Below, one piece after another: positions 10,279 to 19,192 of a stretch of DNA of 64,000 nucleotides; within the stretch, counting starts at the first letter, position 1, and each line of letters starts with the position of its first letter. The stretch spans positions 386 to 64,385 of IMG/VR virus record IMGVR_UViG_3300036851_000157. One strand, 5' to 3'. Source of the stretch: a virus. Lineage: Duplodnaviria; Caudoviricetes. The translations under genes and the position numbers were made by a program. The notes below the pieces were generated by a model. That model was not told the DNA's origin and made no database searches. It saw only the letters and a program-made list of their open reading frames with translations.

Positions 10279-11658
10279 CTATCCGCCACCCTTCTTCTTG
10301 GGCTTGAGACGAATACCTGTCTCAGTAAGGATGTCAGCAACATCCTTCGCCTTGCCACCCTTCTTTCCAACATGAATACCGGCCTGTTCGAGTGCCTTCT
10401 CGACGGCGATGTCGATCGCCTTATCTGTGACACGAGTGAACTGCCTCTTGCCCTGTGTTGCAAGGAACCTCTGGATGAAGGGCTTAGAACGTTGAGCCTC
10501 CTGAGAAGATCGAGCTCGATTGAACTCTTGCTCCCGCTGAATTCTTGTGGAGAAATCCTGGAGATCCTTGTTCGAAAGGGCCGAGACTCCGCCAGAGTGT
10601 AGTTTCTTGGCGATTCGATCAACATGGATCTGGTCTGCGGAAGAGGTTCGAGCCACGAGACCCGTCTTGGGGTCTACTCGGCGACGAACACCCCACTTCA
10701 TTCCTTTGACACCTGATTGTTCAGCGTCTTCCTCAGTCGGCTCGACGATTGCCTTGACTCCGTGATGCTCGAGGAATTTGTCAATTGCCTCAGACATAGC
10801 AGCAAAGTCGCCTTCGCCTGTCGGGCCGAGAGCAAACTCGATCCGCTCGTCGTTCCACCAGACGGCTAGACGATCGAATCGAATTCGATGAACTCCATCC
10901 ATCAGCAGACGAAGAACCATCTCCTCAGCGAAATCGGGACGACCCAACGTGACATGCGGCGTGAACGAAGGGAATTGAGACGTGTTGTCCAAATATCCCT
11001 TCACAGCAGGATTCATCATGAAGAGATTTCGCACTTGACTCAGGTTGTCGTTTGACAACATCGCCACAAGAGCTGGTGGGTTCTCTTCGCCAAGCCTAGA
11101 AACCTTGTACGTGGTTTCCGAGAATCGAAACAGCATGGCGCACGCCATCTTTACCGACTCAACCAGAATATCCTTGGCATCGTCGGGCAACGTGTTCGTT
11201 TCTCCGAAGAACAGAAGAGTTGCATGCTTGTCTTCGTCTCCAACGAGATGAATGCTCTCCAACGGGGCAGGGATCGCCATGATCGCTGCGACTGTTTTCG
11301 TCCCGGACACTGCATGTTCGAGAAAGTCTCCAGCATCAAGCGAATGCGCCATGCTCTTGAGGGAATCCGGAGGGTCCTTTTCGATCGTTCCGTACAAACG
11401 AATCAATGCCCGAGCGGCTTTTGTCTTCAGTTCCGTCGAAGCCTTCACACCTCCTCGAGCTCCTGCAAGAGCGGCTGCCGCAGCGGCAATCGCATTCTTG
11501 TTGAGAGTTCCATCAGGCTCACGAACAGGGAGGCTTCCCCGTTGTTTTGCAGTGCCTGCTTCAGAACCTCGGTCTATCAGGCAAGCACGAAGCCATTGCG
11601 CATCGTCGTAGTCACTTTCCTTGAAATTCGACCAAGGTTTGGTTGACACTGTGGGCAT
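10279..11658 (-). CDS. Multidomain protein with a 2H-phosphoesterase domain
   Basis: Two HxT motifs (KHATLL, PHVTLG); N-terminal LPVREPDG domain; C-terminal GVKGMKWGVRR domain. Confidence 0.7.
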   Translation of the reverse strand: MPTVSTKPWSNFKESDYDDAQWLRACLIDRGSEAGTAKQRGSLPVREPDGTLNKNAIAAAAAALAGARGGVKASTELKTKAARALIRLYGTIEKDPPDSLKSMAHSLDAGDFLEHAVSGTKTVAAIMAIPAPLESIHLVGDEDKHATLLFFGETNTLPDDAKDILVESVKMACAMLFRFSETTYKVSRLGEENPPALVAMLSNDNLSQVRNLFMMNPAVKGYLDNTSQFPSFTPHVTLGRPDFAEEMVLRLLMDGVHRIRFDRLAVWWNDERIEFALGPTGEGDFAAMSEAIDKFLEHHGVKAIVEPTEEDAEQSGVKGMKWGVRRRVDPKTGLVARTSSADQIHVDRIAKKLHSGGVSALSNKDLQDFSTRIQREQEFNRARSSQEAQRSKPFIQRFLATQGKRQFTRVTDKAIDIAVEKALEQAGIHVGKKGGKAKDVADILTETGIRLKPKKKGGG

Positions 11659-11673
11659 GAGTTACCTCCTTTC

Positions 11674-12603
11674 TTAGATGACGTACCGAACAATTACAAC
11701 ACCAGAACCACCGTTACCACCAGCAGAACTGCCTGCGCCTCCGCCTCCGCCACCTCCGGTATTCGCCATACCGGCAGTTGCATTGAGGTTGTTATCGCCG
11801 TCTCCTCCGCCTCCCATACCGCCTAGTCTAGCGGCGCCAGCTCCGTTATTGTCTCCCCCTGCGCCTCCAGCACCAAACCAGCCACTTTCTCCGACGGAAG
11901 TTCCAACAAATGCTGAATGATCGACTCCATCACCCCCAGTCCCGAGATCGGTAGTTCCGGTAGCAGCATTAGCACCGGCTTCGCCCATACCTCCGCCTCC
12001 GCCACCTCGACGACCGGGACTAGTAGTTGTACCAGCACCGGAACCACCGTTAAAACCAACAGATCCGGTTCCTCCCGCAGGAAACACGCTACTGCTTGTA
12101 CTACCAGATCCTCCGCCACCACAAGCGCCATTGTGACCGACACGACCACTTCCTGAACCGCCGCCTCCACCGCCAACTGCAGTATAGGTAGTGGTAGAAC
12201 CAACGAAAGATGAAGAACTTCCGTCTCCACCATCAGAGCCTACTGCTGCTCCAGTACCGCCTCCACCTACAGTCACAGTACAGGTTCCACCAGAAGTTAC
12301 GTCAACAGAGAGTTGTTTCTTAACTTCTCCACCACCACCACCGCCTCCAGCGTTGCTGCCCGAGAAAGTTGTACCTCCGCCTCCACCCCCGCCGACGACT
12401 AGAATATCGACAGAAGTGACGCCAACAGGAACATTGAATGTTCCACTCGCAGTGAAGACATCTTGGTGTTGGGTTGCTCCTCCACTGAGAACCTCAGAAG
12501 CAGCAATAACGCCAGCACTCATGTTGTAGACAGTTGGTCGACGAAGAAAACGGCGATGCTTAGGATGAACCCGACGTCTAGCCGGCCTTGTCGTCGTTAT
12601 CAT
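11674..12603 (-). CDS. Glycine-rich virion protein
   Basis: VFTASGTF.VP, ILVVGGGGGGG, GGSGVVIVRY glycine-rich domain; probable start 12603. Confidence 0.75.
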   Translation of the reverse strand: MITTTRPARRRVHPKHRRFLRRPTVYNMSAGVIAASEVLSGGATQHQDVFTASGTFNVPVGVTSVDILVVGGGGGGGTTFSGSNAGGGGGGGEVKKQLSVDVTSGGTCTVTVGGGGTGAAVGSDGGDGSSSSFVGSTTTYTAVGGGGGGSGSGRVGHNGACGGGGSGSTSSSVFPAGGTGSVGFNGGSGAGTTTSPGRRGGGGGGMGEAGANAATGTTDLGTGGDGVDHSAFVGTSVGESGWFGAGGAGGDNNGAGAARLGGMGGGGDGDNNLNATAGMANTGGGGGGGAGSSAGGNGGSGVVIVRYVI

Positions 12604-14081
12604 GCCGCCAGTCTTCCGTACAGAACCCACTCGTCGGTGGCGATCTTCATCAGACCGTAAACACCGTACTGAGCAGCGATCTTGAGACCTGGCACGTTGC
12701 GAATCGTCACACCAGAGCCTTGTGCAAAGGTGACCTGACCCGCACCGAGCTGAGCACCCTCGATCTGAGTGCCTACAGGGAACGCAACCGAAGAGTTCGG
12801 CGGAACAGTAACGGTGACTGCGCTTGCGTTGTTGAACGACACCCACTTGTTCTGATCTGTCAGAACAAAGATGTAGGTTGTACCTGTTTGCGCATTGATC
12901 GTCACAGCCTTAGTCTGCAACTTGAGCGGAGTAACTGCTCTTGCGTTATCGGTACCTGTATCTGTTTCGCTTTGCGTAGCTAACTCAATGATGCCTTGCG
13001 CCGACTCGGAAGTGGCAGACAACAGCGCCATCAATGCTGCTTGGTTTGCCAGCTCCAAGAATGCGCGCCCATACGAGGTTGTAGAGAGCGCCGCAAGAGC
13101 AGTCAAATCAGAATCTAAAGGCTGCGCGAAAGCAGCTAAACGAGTCTGGAGTTTGAGCGGAGTGACAATTCTTGCATCGTCGGTGCCTGTATCAGTTTCT
13201 GCTTGAGTTGCGAGCTCGGCAATACCTTGAACGGTCTCTGAAGCCGAGGCAACGCCGCTAGGATCGATCCATTCGGTATCGTAGTCAGTTCCGCTGTTCT
13301 TGGCTAGAATCTGACCAATCGTGCCTCCGATCGGAACTCCTTGCCCGGCGGTACCCGCAGGACCTACAAGTGACGTACCCGATCCCCAAGCGCCCGCAGT
13401 CTTTGGGCCATAGATCTCATCAGCCGCCGTGTCGATGTAGAAATCTCCATCCACACCAAGTGCTCCTGAAGGGGCGCCAGTTCCATTCCGGACTGTCTTA
13501 CCATCAGCTCCTGCTGAGCCCGTTGCGCCCGCATCTCCCGTTGCACCTGCTGCACCCGTCTCTCCCGTCGGACCCACAAGCGAAGTGCCTGAACCCCAGG
13601 CACCGGCAGCTTTAGGACCAAAGATCGCATCAGCGTCCGTGTCGATATAGAAATCACCGTCTACTCCCAACCCCGATGAAGGGACTCCTGTGCCGTTTCG
13701 TACGGTCTTACCATCAGCTCCAGCAGTTCCATCAGCGCCCGCCGGTCCAGTAGCACCAGCAGTGCCGGCGTCTCCAGGATCTCCTTGGGGTCCTTGAGGG
13801 CCAGCTGGTCCGGCAGGTCCCTGCGGACCTGTAGCTCCATCAGAACCAGGAGCACCATCCGTTCCATCCGATCCAGCCGGGCCAGCCGGTCCCTGACTTC
13901 CTGCGGCACCGGTAGCACCGGCAGGTCCCTGGGGACCGGTCGCTCCTGGTTCACCTTGTACTCCCTGAGGACCCGCAGCGCCCTGTGCACCGCGACCTTG
14001 ATCGACGTTCAAATGAATAGGCGAAGGGATAGTGAGCTCTAGCGTGGACCCATCTCGAACCTCGAGAATCATTTGACTCAT
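12600..14081 (-). CDS. Collagen-like fibre protein
   Basis: Long G-X-Y runs; two GVDGDFYIDT repeats; two ELATQ.ETDTGTD.AR.VTPLKLQT repeats. Confidence 0.85.
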   Translation of the reverse strand: MSQMILEVRDGSTLELTIPSPIHLNVDQGRGAQGAAGPQGVQGEPGATGPQGPAGATGAAGSQGPAGPAGSDGTDGAPGSDGATGPQGPAGPAGPQGPQGDPGDAGTAGATGPAGADGTAGADGKTVRNGTGVPSSGLGVDGDFYIDTDADAIFGPKAAGAWGSGTSLVGPTGETGAAGATGDAGATGSAGADGKTVRNGTGAPSGALGVDGDFYIDTAADEIYGPKTAGAWGSGTSLVGPAGTAGQGVPIGGTIGQILAKNSGTDYDTEWIDPSGVASASETVQGIAELATQAETDTGTDDARIVTPLKLQTRLAAFAQPLDSDLTALAALSTTSYGRAFLELANQAALMALLSATSESAQGIIELATQSETDTGTDNARAVTPLKLQTKAVTINAQTGTTYIFVLTDQNKWVSFNNASAVTVTVPPNSSVAFPVGTQIEGAQLGAGQVTFAQGSGVTIRNVPGLKIAAQYGVYGLMKIATDEWVLYGRLAA

Positions 14082-14488
14082 CGTGTCACCTGCCCACTCG
14101 GCTTAGCCGGCCCATACAGTAGCGTCTGAGGATCTCCGGCTGGATCTGTGAGCTGAAAATCCCATCGACCAGAAGCAAGACCATCGAGCTTCGTCGATTC
14201 CGCAGGACTCAGATAAGCCGCGATTTCTCCAGTTCCGTCAAGAACGTTGAACGCGAATGAAGCAATAATCGGGTCCGTCTTTTTCCTGCTCTTTCGAATT
14301 TGAGCAGCAACGCTCCACCCAGTAAGATCCCGAGGAATCATGTCGGGCGTGTTGGGGGGATCGGCGAGTGGGTCAGGGTCAACCCAAGCCGGATCGGGAT
14401 CCAAGATCGTCAACCAGAACCGAAGCGCATCGCCGACGATGAAAATCAGCGTTGTTTCCTCTTCGGGAAGTTGCTTAATTTCCGCCAT
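14078..14488 (-). CDS. Structural/adaptor protein associated with the fibre gene
   Basis: DLTGW...AQIR and WDFQLTD motifs typical of fibre-adjacent adaptors; coupled to next gene. Confidence 0.55.
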   Translation of the reverse strand: MAEIKQLPEEETTLIFIVGDALRFWLTILDPDPAWVDPDPLADPPNTPDMIPRDLTGWSVAAQIRKSRKKTDPIIASFAFNVLDGTGEIAAYLSPAESTKLDGLASGRWDFQLTDPAGDPQTLLYGPAKPSGQVTR

Positions 14489-14859
14489 CAGCCGGCCTCC
14501 TCTGCGTTGATATCGTCTTGGGCAAGTTTCAATCGGTAGAGTTGCTCCTCCAGCTGCTTCTCCATCATGCCGATGGCGAATGAACTGGCGGGTGGGTCGA
14601 AGAACAGCCGCACCCGAAGCCCGATGAAAGTCTTGATTTGGTTGAGCCGAGGCTCTTCCTCTACGAAATCATCCCAAAGGTCGTTCTCGTCGAGGATTTG
14701 AAAACCCTGCTGTGGACCGATGCCGATTTGGTGAAGATCGGACAGCGCACTGTTGATGTACAGGATGAAATCGTCGTCAAAAGCCGTGTAGTCGGCCGGG
14801 ACGTTGTTCAGCTTCTTGATGCTCAGCAGAATGCTGTCCGTTACCGTAGACATGGTCAC
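14488..14859 (-). CDS. Head-to-tail adaptor
   Basis: SIL.SIKKL, FD.D....INSA...L.QIG.GP, VRL.FDPP motifs. Confidence 0.7.
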   Translation of the reverse strand: MTMSTVTDSILLSIKKLNNVPADYTAFDDDFILYINSALSDLHQIGIGPQQGFQILDENDLWDDFVEEEPRLNQIKTFIGLRVRLFFDPPASSFAIGMMEKQLEEQLYRLKLAQDDINAEEAG

Positions 14860-14865
14860 ACCTCC

Positions 14866-15060
14866 TTAGGACTTCTTGGTCGTGGTCTTCTTCGCGGCGG
14901 TTTTCTTCGTGGTTGAAGCCTTGTTCGCAGCAGTCTTCTTGACACCGACGTTGTGCTGCTTCGTCGGCACACCCTCAGCCCGAAGCTGAACTGCGCGAGC
15001 CTTGTAGCCCTTCCTCACGGCATCCTCAAGATGCGCAGTCTTGTCGATTGAGTACGACAT
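14866..15060 (-). CDS. Small Lys-rich hypothetical protein
   Basis: GGAGGTG RBS; KKT repeats. Confidence 0.7.
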   Translation of the reverse strand: MSYSIDKTAHLEDAVRKGYKARAVQLRAEGVPTKQHNVGVKKTAANKASTTKKTAAKKTTTKKS

Positions 15061-15101
15061 GGTTCACCTCCCTCAAATCGTTTCTCATTTTGACAGTTCT
15101 G

Positions 15102-15851
15102 CTACGGCATCTGATCGTCATCTGGGTTGTCGACACCAGTAACGCTCTGATTCTCCTTAAGCCAGGTCAAGATCCGTTCTTTGGCCCGACGAAGCTCGAG
15201 CTTCGTAGCATCATCAGCCGTGCTGTTGATCAATGTGGTGATGAGATCCACCATCTGACCTTGCTGAGTAACCATCTCGGTAAAGCGACGCTTGTCGCGA
15301 TCCGCCTCGGCCTGATCTCTCTGAACTTCTCCTTCTCGGAACGCGTCAAGCACTCGACCGATCCGGAACAGCTCTTGGCGCTCTTCTGCATCCATGTCTT
15401 CCTCCAGAAACACATAATCGTGGATTGGGTTGGGGCGATAGGGCTGCCAGTCGCCTTCAGTTCCAGAAACGCCGTCGCCGCCAGCCTTGTAGCTAACTAC
15501 CTGTTGAATAGCCATTGGGTCCATAATGCCGGGAACGTCATCGCCGATCGTGCAATCATGAAAGTGAGGGTCGAAGCCTTGCCCAGTTGTTCGTTCATGA
15601 CAAGTGCCCATCAAGTCTCGACCAACGATAGTCACGCGATGCGCTTGCTCATTGTTTAGATTCCAACGACGGTAGTCCGCAACTCCCAAAAGGAAGTGTG
15701 TACTAGCAGAATCCGGTGCGCCAGAGCGACCGCCCTGCACAACCACTAGCCTGCCTCCGATTATCGGATCGGCATTCATTCGATCGATTCTCTGCCAATG
15801 TTGTCTGGTCAGCACGAACCCATCGCGCCAAACTTCATCATGTTTGTTCAT
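15102..15851 (-). CDS. Putative endolysin (M15-like Zn peptidase)
   Basis: VVQG...SASTH....AD and PHFH Zn-ligand pattern; follows HNH gene; start MNKHDE. Confidence 0.55.
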   Translation of the reverse strand: MNKHDEVWRDGFVLTRQHWQRIDRMNADPIIGGRLVVVQGGRSGAPDSASTHFLLGVADYRRWNLNNEQAHRVTIVGRDLMGTCHERTTGQGFDPHFHDCTIGDDVPGIMDPMAIQQVVSYKAGGDGVSGTEGDWQPYRPNPIHDYVFLEEDMDAEERQELFRIGRVLDAFREGEVQRDQAEADRDKRRFTEMVTQQGQMVDLITTLINSTADDATKLELRRAKERILTWLKENQSVTGVDNPDDDQMP

Positions 15852-15873
15852 GACTGTCTTTTTAGCCCCTCCC

Positions 15874-16281
15874 TTACCACAAAGTGGTATCGCCAGGCCT
15901 ACGCTCAATGAGTCCCCGGGGAAGTTGGGACTCATCACCGTAGTGAATGGCGTTATGTGTCTTCAAAGAGCAGGAGATCAAGTACTCCATGTTGAGGTTG
16001 TCAGGATCATCCTGCGAAAAGTCTGCAGCCATTATTGGGTTCATGTGATGAACTATGATGTTTTCATGAAGGTCGTATCCCGCAACCCCCAAGTCACATC
16101 CTTCGTCCCTAACAATCACATCACGCCGAATCTGTTTCCATTCGTAGCTTGTGTAGAACCTCTGGTTGGCCCAGCGCTCCCAACCGAACGTCCTTTCGCC
16201 CACAACACCCCGAAGAGCGAGGTAATGGTATCGCTCTTCGAGGGTTGTGAGACGACTTAGCTCTGTGTATGTCCTAATCAT
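15874..16281 (-). CDS. HNH endonuclease (packaging-associated)
   Basis: W...R..VI.RD.GCD, IVHHMNP, LI.CS..THNAIH. Confidence 0.85.
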   Translation of the reverse strand: MIRTYTELSRLTTLEERYHYLALRGVVGERTFGWERWANQRFYTSYEWKQIRRDVIVRDEGCDLGVAGYDLHENIIVHHMNPIMAADFSQDDPDNLNMEYLISCSLKTHNAIHYGDESQLPRGLIERRPGDTTLW

Positions 16282-16609
16282 CCGGATCATCCGACAGAGG
16301 AGGAGCATAGGAGCGGAAAGCTTCAAGGGCAGCCTCAATTGAGGCTTCCATTCGACTGGCCGCCTCCATCTGCTCGATTCGAGCAAGCAGAAGTCTGTTG
16401 TCATTGCGCAGACGTTCCATCTCCAGCTGTTCTCGCTCACTACCACCCTTCAGAAAATGCGTGAGCACTTGAGAAGAAGCCTTGTGTTCGGTGATCAGCC
16501 GTTCAGCTTCGTCATACGCCAGATTCTGCAGTTGCTTTTCGCGTTCCTCGGGAGAGTGCGCTGGCCGGCCCCGCTTCTTCGGGGGATCCGAGGGATTGCG
16601 TACCGCCAT
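16274..16609 (-). CDS. Putative terminase small subunit
   Basis: PA.SPEERE.QL..LAYD.AE, ASSQVLTHFLK; adjacent to HNH. Confidence 0.6.
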   Translation of the reverse strand: MAVRNPSDPPKKRGRPAHSPEEREKQLQNLAYDEAERLITEHKASSQVLTHFLKGGSEREQLEMERLRNDNRLLLARIEQMEAASRMEASIEAALEAFRSYAPPLSDDPDD

Positions 16610-16632
16610 GGCACCTCCTTAAATGAACTTGG

Positions 16633-16950
16633 TCATGCGTCCTTCCCGAAGCTCGAGTTACGAGCTTCTTGAAGAGCACGAATGAGTCTGTTTGTGGCAT
16701 TTCGATCAAGCGTCATGAAAACGCCTTCTGCGGGTTGATCTCTGGATGGATCAAACGAAGCGACGCCGATCTCGACGTACTGCTTGTTCTTCATCCATCC
16801 AACCTGCACACCGCGGCGGGTCCACTTTGCTTCGTCGAAGCCTTCTGCTGGATAGTTAGCTTGTCCCAAACTTTCTGGGACCTCACTTCCATCCGGGTAC
16901 TTCAGGAAGATCGGACTGTCGTCCGAATATGTAATCTTCTTGGGCATCAT
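16633..16950 (-). CDS. Hypothetical protein
   Basis: GAGGAGG RBS; VQVGW...LDR...NRLIRAL..AR...FG.D. Confidence 0.7.
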   Translation of the reverse strand: MMPKKITYSDDSPIFLKYPDGSEVPESLGQANYPAEGFDEAKWTRRGVQVGWMKNKQYVEIGVASFDPSRDQPAEGVFMTLDRNATNRLIRALQEARNSSFGKDA

Positions 16951-17033
16951 GCCCTCCTCATCTGAGGTTAACCCCATCATGGGGTATCAACCACCTGGTT
17001 GTGGTTGAAGTTCAAAGTAGTTGTCGTACTAGA

Positions 17034-17282
17034 TCAGACAGTGTCGATGAGACCAGAGGCCTCAAGCTTCCCGATGATGGCGACAATAGCCGTCCTCAGA
17101 GCGACGACCTCGGCCTCGACATACGTTGCGCCAGGGACACCAGGGTCAGCAATCGTTCCACCGACCTTCTCGACGAAATCGGACGATCCGGTGACTTCGT
17201 AGTCTTCCATGCGCTGGTCAACTACCGCCTCGACATCTTCCTGATGAAGAATGGTCTGATCCTCGGGTGGGGTGTAGGTCAT
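17034..17282 (-). CDS. Hypothetical protein (possible small virion protein)
   Basis: AAAGGA RBS before MTYTPPE. Confidence 0.6.
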   Translation of the reverse strand: MTYTPPEDQTILHQEDVEAVVDQRMEDYEVTGSSDFVEKVGGTIADPGVPGATYVEAEVVALRTAIVAIIGKLEASGLIDTV

Positions 17283-17414
17283 AACGAATCCTTTCTCAGT
17301 ATGAAGCGACCGATTACCGAAGTGTAATCGGAGATTTGTATGGTGAATGGAATACACCAAACCCTCGACGTTCCACGCCTCATCGGTATGTACTAGTATT
17401 GGGCTTGGATACTA

Positions 17415-17690
17415 CTAGATGAAATCGTAGTAGTAACCGGCCTTCGGCATTCCCTGAGTGTTGATCTTGTGGTTGACAGATGTCATGTTGCGCTCGATCT
17501 GTCGACCATAAGAATCGCCCTTACTCGCATCAGGGCTCACGTAGACAACGTTGACGAGCGGAGGAATCCAATCATCTCCTCGCTCGTAACCCGATCCGTG
17601 AACCGCCGTGACGAGTCCAAAAGTTTCGACGTAGTCGGCCGTAACGATTCGAACGGCATCGCCAATCTTCGGAATTCTCTGGTCGGTCAT
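17415..17690 (-). CDS. Hypothetical protein
   Basis: AAGGAGGTG RBS; P.IGD.V motif. Confidence 0.65.
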   Translation of the reverse strand: MTDQRIPKIGDAVRIVTADYVETFGLVTAVHGSGYERGDDWIPPLVNVVYVSPDASKGDSYGRQIERNMTSVNHKINTQGMPKAGYYYDFI

Positions 17691-17705
17691 TCCATTCACC
17701 TCCTT

Positions 17706-18062
17706 TCAGTCGATCTTGTTCCAGACCCCGTGCTCTATGTAACCATGCCACTGTTCGGGACGACCTCGGTTGTACATGATTGAATTACTCGACCCATCTC
17801 CTGGCCGAACTGAGATCGTACCATCCTTTTCTTCACGAACAGTATGGATCATTAAAGTTCCAATTCCACCATCGCTAGGAGAACAATAACCCCAAACAGT
17901 TCTATTAAGATTACCAACAAGTTGCTTTTCTGGAAGATTGATGTATGGTTCGGTTGGGGAACCATCATCATTCAAATACTTCCAATAATCGCCAGGCTTC
18001 AACACATCTAGCTCGAGCGGCAAATCTCCGAATCGAGTGTCTGGAAGTCGACGACCCTTCAC
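17706..18062 (-). CDS. Hypothetical protein
   Basis: Coupled ORF; HTVRE..DGTISV...SI...WHGYI..G.W. Confidence 0.7.
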   Translation of the reverse strand: MKGRRLPDTRFGDLPLELDVLKPGDYWKYLNDDGSPTEPYINLPEKQLVGNLNRTVWGYCSPSDGGIGTLMIHTVREEKDGTISVRPGDGSSNSIMYNRGRPEQWHGYIEHGVWNKID

Positions 18063-18799
18063 TTAGCTTTCCGAAGAGTAATGAACGTCCAGATGTGGTC
18101 CATGCCCTTGTTGATCACGGAAGGATCGATGACTCTGAAGCCTCGAAGCTTGACGCCAAGGCCCTTGAACATCTGCCAGTCGATCTTGTGGTTCCTCCAT
18201 TGCATATCGAGTCGCTCTGCCAGCTTGTTAGGATGAACCCATCGAGTGCCGACTCCGAGCTGAAGATCTCCACCGTTCAGCACGATGTCCGGATTGAATT
18301 CCTTCTCCAACTTTCGTTGGATCTCTTGAACTCTCTCCACAGAACGGCGATACTGAGGAAGAACCAGGTTGATGAACCTGAGAGGACCGGGCTGTGGGTG
18401 CCAAGCAACAAGGAGGACCGTTTGATCCTCAACTTTACTGACAATGGCCTTACCCCAACGCTCAGGCATGTACTTGAGAATCTTCGGAATCTCTCGCCCA
18501 ACGAAGAACTCTTCCTTGTGAAGGATCTCGTGACCCTTCTTGATGGAGATGATCACATCATGATTCACAACTCGACCACGAGCATCCTTGCGCTTCGGTG
18601 GACCGATGAAGTGTTCATACTCCTTGGCTGTTTCAACCAAGTCTCCGATGTTGAAGTTCATCTCAGACCAGTCAATCAAATCCGGCTCCAAGTTCGTAGC
18701 CAGTTTGATGACGTTTGGTCCGATGGACCTGGAGTGTCCAGGTGCATGCAGCCACTTTAAGTCCACTTTTCCCTCCTCGGACAAAACTTCAGATACCAT
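18059..18799 (-). CDS. Possible endonuclease/exonuclease/phosphatase-fold protein
   Basis: GGDLQ, IDW and MDH motifs in EEP-like order; start uncertain. Confidence 0.4.
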   Translation of the reverse strand: MVSEVLSEEGKVDLKWLHAPGHSRSIGPNVIKLATNLEPDLIDWSEMNFNIGDLVETAKEYEHFIGPPKRKDARGRVVNHDVIISIKKGHEILHKEEFFVGREIPKILKYMPERWGKAIVSKVEDQTVLLVAWHPQPGPLRFINLVLPQYRRSVERVQEIQRKLEKEFNPDIVLNGGDLQLGVGTRWVHPNKLAERLDMQWRNHKIDWQMFKGLGVKLRGFRVIDPSVINKGMDHIWTFITLRKAK

Positions 18800-18874
18800 G
18801 TATAGAACGACCCAATACGTAATACCCACTAGGGATCCCCATCCCAATACGTAACTAGGTCGGACCGTTTTCCC

Positions 18875-18950
18875 GTGTTCCCCCCGGGGAATTTTTTAGG
18901 AGGGGCGCGATGAAGAGGGGGGGTACATCTCGCGTACCCCTCCCCCCCAT
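18875..18950. other. Candidate cos / genome-end region
   Basis: Intergenic G and C runs, GGGGTAC/GTACCCC hairpin, CGCGCCCCT on minus strand at 18901-18909; lies between RNAP operon and packaging genes. Confidence 0.55.
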
Positions 18951-18958
18951 AGCATGTG

Positions 18959-19192
18959 TCAAGGTCTCGTCACGATGATGTGTTTCCCTGTGACGTTCTC
19001 CTCAACAATTTCTCTCATTGCTTGCTCCCGATCAGCCTCTTGGTCTGCATCACTCAATGAATCAGAAGTAATGATGATCCTATCGAGGAGACCGGGTGTG
19101 TTGTATCCATGAACCATGTCCCAGATGAACCACTCATCCCAGTTATCGAACGGATCGAAAGGATTATCTGATGTACTAAGCATTATAGCCAT
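18959..19192 (-). CDS. Conserved acidic hypothetical protein
   Basis: MLST.DNPFDPF..WDEW...D...GYNT; coupled to the RNAP-like gene. Confidence 0.8.
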   Translation of the reverse strand: MAIMLSTSDNPFDPFDNWDEWFIWDMVHGYNTPGLLDRIIITSDSLSDADQEADREQAMREIVEENVTGKHIIVTRP

